Shown one piece after another: positions 60,015-64,000 of a stretch of 64,000 bases of DNA; the stretch's first letter is position 1, and each line of letters opens with the position of its first letter. Below the pieces are notes generated by a model that had not been told where the DNA came from, ran no database searches, and saw only the letters and a program-made list of their open reading frames with translations. Source of the stretch: Octopus vulgaris (taxonomy: Eukaryota). The stretch is from positions 92,070,001 to 92,134,000 of the forward strand of contig OX597822.1 in assembly GCA_951406725.2 (NCBI GenBank), in the 5' to 3' direction. Both the position numbers and the translations under genes were made by a program.

Positions 60015-63000
60015 ATAGTAGTGGTCTGAGTAAGTGAGGTAGTTCATGCTAGTTCCAAAGTTTGTGTGTTAATAGTTCAAAGTTTACAGTTCGAGTTAGT
60101 GTGTTGGATAGTTGGTTCTTAAAAGATTGCTGTTATGTTCCGTGTGGTTACTACCATTTGTTTCGATTTTATTATTATTACACTATCGCAGTGTATTTGT
60201 TTGTTCCTAAGGATATAACATCTGTGAGGAAACTCAAATTGGTTATTTGATAATTTCTGTCATGGAAAACCTATTAGCTGCAGTAGTACAGCTTCTAGAG
60301 AAGCAACAAGAACAACTACAAAGGTTGCAAAACCAAATAATATAACAACAACAACAATTAATTAAGTTACAGTTGGCGAAGTCTGAAAATCCAGTAAGCT
60401 TGTTTATATTTGATGGTGTGGCTAACACAGTTTCTGAGTTTATGTATAATCTGGAGGAGAATATTACGTTTCTCATACAAGGAAATACAAGACAGCAGAA
60501 AGTAAGGCTTTTACTATGCAATATAGCTCCTGCCAAACATGAGCGTTACTGTAACTTTATTCTGCCCCAAAAAGTTTTGTGAGATTGGTTTCCAAGAAAC
60601 TGTGGAACTGCTTTAAAAAATTTTTTGTGATAGAAGTTCATTATTCAACACCAGAATGGAATATTGGAACTTAACAAAAAATGAGGAGGAGGATTTTATC
60701 ACTTACACTGGAGTAGTCAATCATATGTGTGAAAATTTCAAACTCTAGGATATGTTCAAATCATTTATCTTTGTGCAAAGACTCATAGCACCTGAGAAAT
60801 TCGAGCAAGGATTCTCTTGAAAATGGAGCATGTGAACCAGGATTTATCTCTACACACCATGACAGAAGATTGTCAAACTATGGTAAATCTTAAACATGAT
60901 GTGAAAAAAATACAAGATAAAGCCTGCAAAAATTCAAATGTGTCATCCTGGAAAGCATAATAAAAAAAAGAAGTGCCAGGTCCCAATCCATGTTATGGTT
61001 GTGGAGGCTTACATTACAAAAATGATTGTCTGTTTAAAACCAAAAAGTGCTATAGTTGTCAGAAGCTGGGGCACAGGAGTTCTCATTGTAGAACAAGACT
61101 ACAAGACTCAAACTCAAAAAGTTCTAAGGTATTTTCAGCAGAGAGTGATTGCGACAGAAAAACAAGAACATTTGTGGACATAAAAATAAATGATGTGAAT
61201 ACCAAATTACAGTTAGATACAAGTAGTGACATCTCGGTTATAAAAGAGGATACTTGGAAAAAAAATTGGTAAACCGAGATTACATAAAACAGTGAAAATA
61301 CTGTGTCGTGTTACAGGCGATAAATTACATTTCATGGGCAAAGCATGTATTGATGTCACATTTCAAGGAGAGACACGCAAAGCAAAATTTATTTGTTGTG
61401 GATAATACAATCAATCTGGCACAGATTGGTTCTCTCCATAAATCTTTACTGCAATAGCACAAATGGCTGTTCCGCTAAAAACAAGTTTTTGGAAGAACTG
61501 AAGAAAATAATTGAAAAAAATGTTCCTGCAAGTTTTATCAGAGGATTTAGGTCTGTGTAGAAAGATGGAAGCCTATTTCCAAGTAAGTGAAAATGCTGTA
61601 CCTGTATTTAAAGCAAACACTAAAGTACCGTTTGCGGCAACTGAGACTGTAAACGTCACATACATGTGTGTCAACCTGTAATGGATAAAGAAAATGAAAA
61701 ACAAAGATCAAGACCAAATCCATGCCATGGGTGTGGAGGTCTACACTTTAAAAATAACTGTCCATTTAAAAATTTTAAATATTTTAACTGTCAAAAAATC
61801 AGACATAAAAGCTCACATTGCAGAGTAAGAAAAAAGCTCAAACAAAAAAAATTCAGGGAAGGTTTTCTCAACGGAAAGTCTAGGTGAAGCTCACAAAAGA
61901 AAGTTTGTCTCCATAAAAATTAATAATGTGAAATAGATGTTATTGCTAGATACAGGCAGTTTTATTACAATTACTAACACTGACATATGGAGAAAAATTA
62001 GAAAGCCTACATTAAAGAAAACGTTAAACATTGTGAAAGGTGTCTCAGGAAAAAAATTACATTTTTGGGGCAGAATGATAACTGAGGTTACATTTCAGGG
62101 TAAAACCTTGAAAACAAAACTTTTTGTGTTAAATAATACAACTTGCTTGGTACTGACTGGATGGAATTGTTTAATTTATGGGACCTCCCCATAAATCTGT
62201 TCTATAAAAATATAAATGGTTTTTCCTCCTGTAAAAACGAGTCGTCAGACAAATTGAAAGAAAAAATAAAAAATATTTTTCCTGAGAGACTAGAAAAAAT
62301 TGGAGTTATCCAAAAAGTGGAATATTCTAAATGGGCAACACCAACTGTGTATATTAAGGAAAAGAATCATAAAATCAGAGTGTGCACTGATTTTTCCACT
62401 GGTTTAAACGAATGTCTTAAAATGTGCCACTATCCACTACCTACTCTGGAGGGTATTTTTACAAAGTTTAAACAGTGGCAAGATATTTTCTAAATTGGAT
62501 CGCTGATGCATACCTACAAATTAGAGCAGACAGTGAATGGTTGAAATACCTAACAGTTAACACAAATAAAGGACTGTATAAGTACAACAGGTTACGATTT
62601 GGTTTAAATCGTAACCTGCAATTTTTCAACAGATTATGGAAGCAATGTTAGCAGACTGAATTTGCAATTCCATGATTAATCATTAAAAGCAAATCCAAGG
62701 ATCAACACATAGAGCATGTAAAATATGTATTTGAAAAAATTAAGGATTATGGCTTTACCTTGAGTATGAACTTTTTTTTTTTTTACCAGAAATAAGATAT
62801 TTAGGACAAATTATTGACAAAAAATGGATGACAACCTGACCTGTCAACGGCAAACCTAATTAGAAATATACCTCTGACTAATATATGAACCATACAAGTA
62901 TTTTTAGGATTGGCAAATTATTAGCAAAATTATATCCCAAATATGTATAAGGCTAGGGCTCTACTGAATAATTTGCTGAAAAAGATATGAAATGGAATTG

Positions 63001-63500
63001 GTCTGAAAATTGCCAAAAGGTGTTTGATGGAAGTTAAAAAATATTGATATCTCAAAGCCCAAACACTTGTTCAAGTAAGTCACCTGCAGAACTAATGTTT
63101 GCTCGAAAAATAAAGTCAATTGTTGACCAGTAAGAAAAACAAATAGGGGAAACACTAAAAATATGACAAAGTATTTTAATATCGGTGCCAAGGTGTTTTT
63201 CAAAATATACAAAAATGGAAGAGAGGGTTGAGAAGATGGAATAGTAACAAAATGAATAGGCAAAATGATGTGTATAGTAAGAGGTGAAAAATGGGAACAC
63301 AAAAGTCATTTACCAGTTAAAAAACTAGATAAACATTAAAAAGAAAAGATACCCATGGAAGTGCTCTAGAAAACCCTGTTCAAACACCACAAGAAGTCAA
63401 ACTTAGGCATACACAAGAAAGAGGAAACAAACAGAATGGTTGCCTAAATGGAAGAAATATTAAACTTTCGTAGGAAGTAAATCTCAACGGTGGAGATTTA
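60015..63500 (+). mobile_element. Degenerate Ty3/Gypsy LTR retrotransposon (gag zinc knuckles, protease, RT; RNase H and integrase mostly deleted)
   Basis: CYGCGGLH, CYSCQKLGHRSSHC, LDTSSD and LDTGS, WATPTV, IRVCTDFSTGLN, YPLP. Probable partial 5' LTR ending TATAACA at 60220. Confidence 0.9.
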
Positions 63501-64000
63501 CATGTTGTGTAAATGAGGTCAGAACAGTACTGGATGAGTATTTTTCGTCATGGTCAAGTGAATTTTGGAAGAGGGGCCTTGCAAGTCTACCAGATAGACG
63601 GAAGAGCATTGTAGAAAATGAAGGAGAGTATATTTTAGATTAAAAAAGAACTTTATCATAATTTTTTAAAAATAAAAGAAGTATTAAAAAACTGCATTAT
63701 TTATGGGATGACCCAATATATATATATATATGATAATAATAATAATAAGAGTAAATAATTTCTTTAATGGTTTTTAAAAAACCAACAATTATTTACTGGT
63801 AGATTTCGGCATGTAAATATAATCATTAACGGTAGGAACTTCTGTAAAGTTCAGTATCTATTTTTATGGAGAGTTGCGCTGATGAAAGATATGAAATTAT
63901 ATTTCTAATCTAGAAACATGTTCGCAAATGACCGTTAGACTTTGTTTTCATTATTTATTCCTTTTGTTTTGCATATGTGAATTACAGGGATATGTCATAT

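Noticed and set aside
63477-63501. 9-bp inverted repeat GTAAATCTC/GAGATTTAC at the expected Gypsy polypurine tract
   Set aside because: Short; best explained as a local template-switch mutation. No matching LTR pair could be confirmed.

Overview
Eukaryotic, AT-rich, repeat-saturated DNA. The repeat families point to a cephalopod (octopus-like) genome; this is my inference, not a search result. No complete host gene is recognisable, and most of the ORF track is transposon-derived, antisense shadow or microsatellite noise. Mobile content: two RTE LINE families (one near-intact copy at 29254-33073 with a TSD), CR1-like LINEs, R4/Dong remnants, an L1/Tx1 remnant, Penelope-like pieces (a GIY-YIG fragment and hammerhead-bearing terminal repeats), several SINEs, Helitrons, MULE, mariner, a piggyBac-type MITE and a Ty3/Gypsy remnant. 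Best leads: (1) type I hammerhead ribozymes with unusually long stem II, including an inverted pair that puts an intact ribozyme on each strand; (2) two + strand recursive-splice-like motifs (Y-tract YAG|GTAAGT plus a nearby second donor), suggesting the window lies in giant introns; (3) a CR1-like LINE with a Myb/SANT + CCCH ORF1, whose ORF2 overlaps ORF1 in the -1 frame from a conserved U6 run (candidate programmed frameshift); (4) a PHD-type finger embedded in an RTE reverse transcriptase; (5) a possible truncated HDV-like ribozyme at an RTE 5' end. Boundaries of degraded elements are approximate and all analysis was done by eye.
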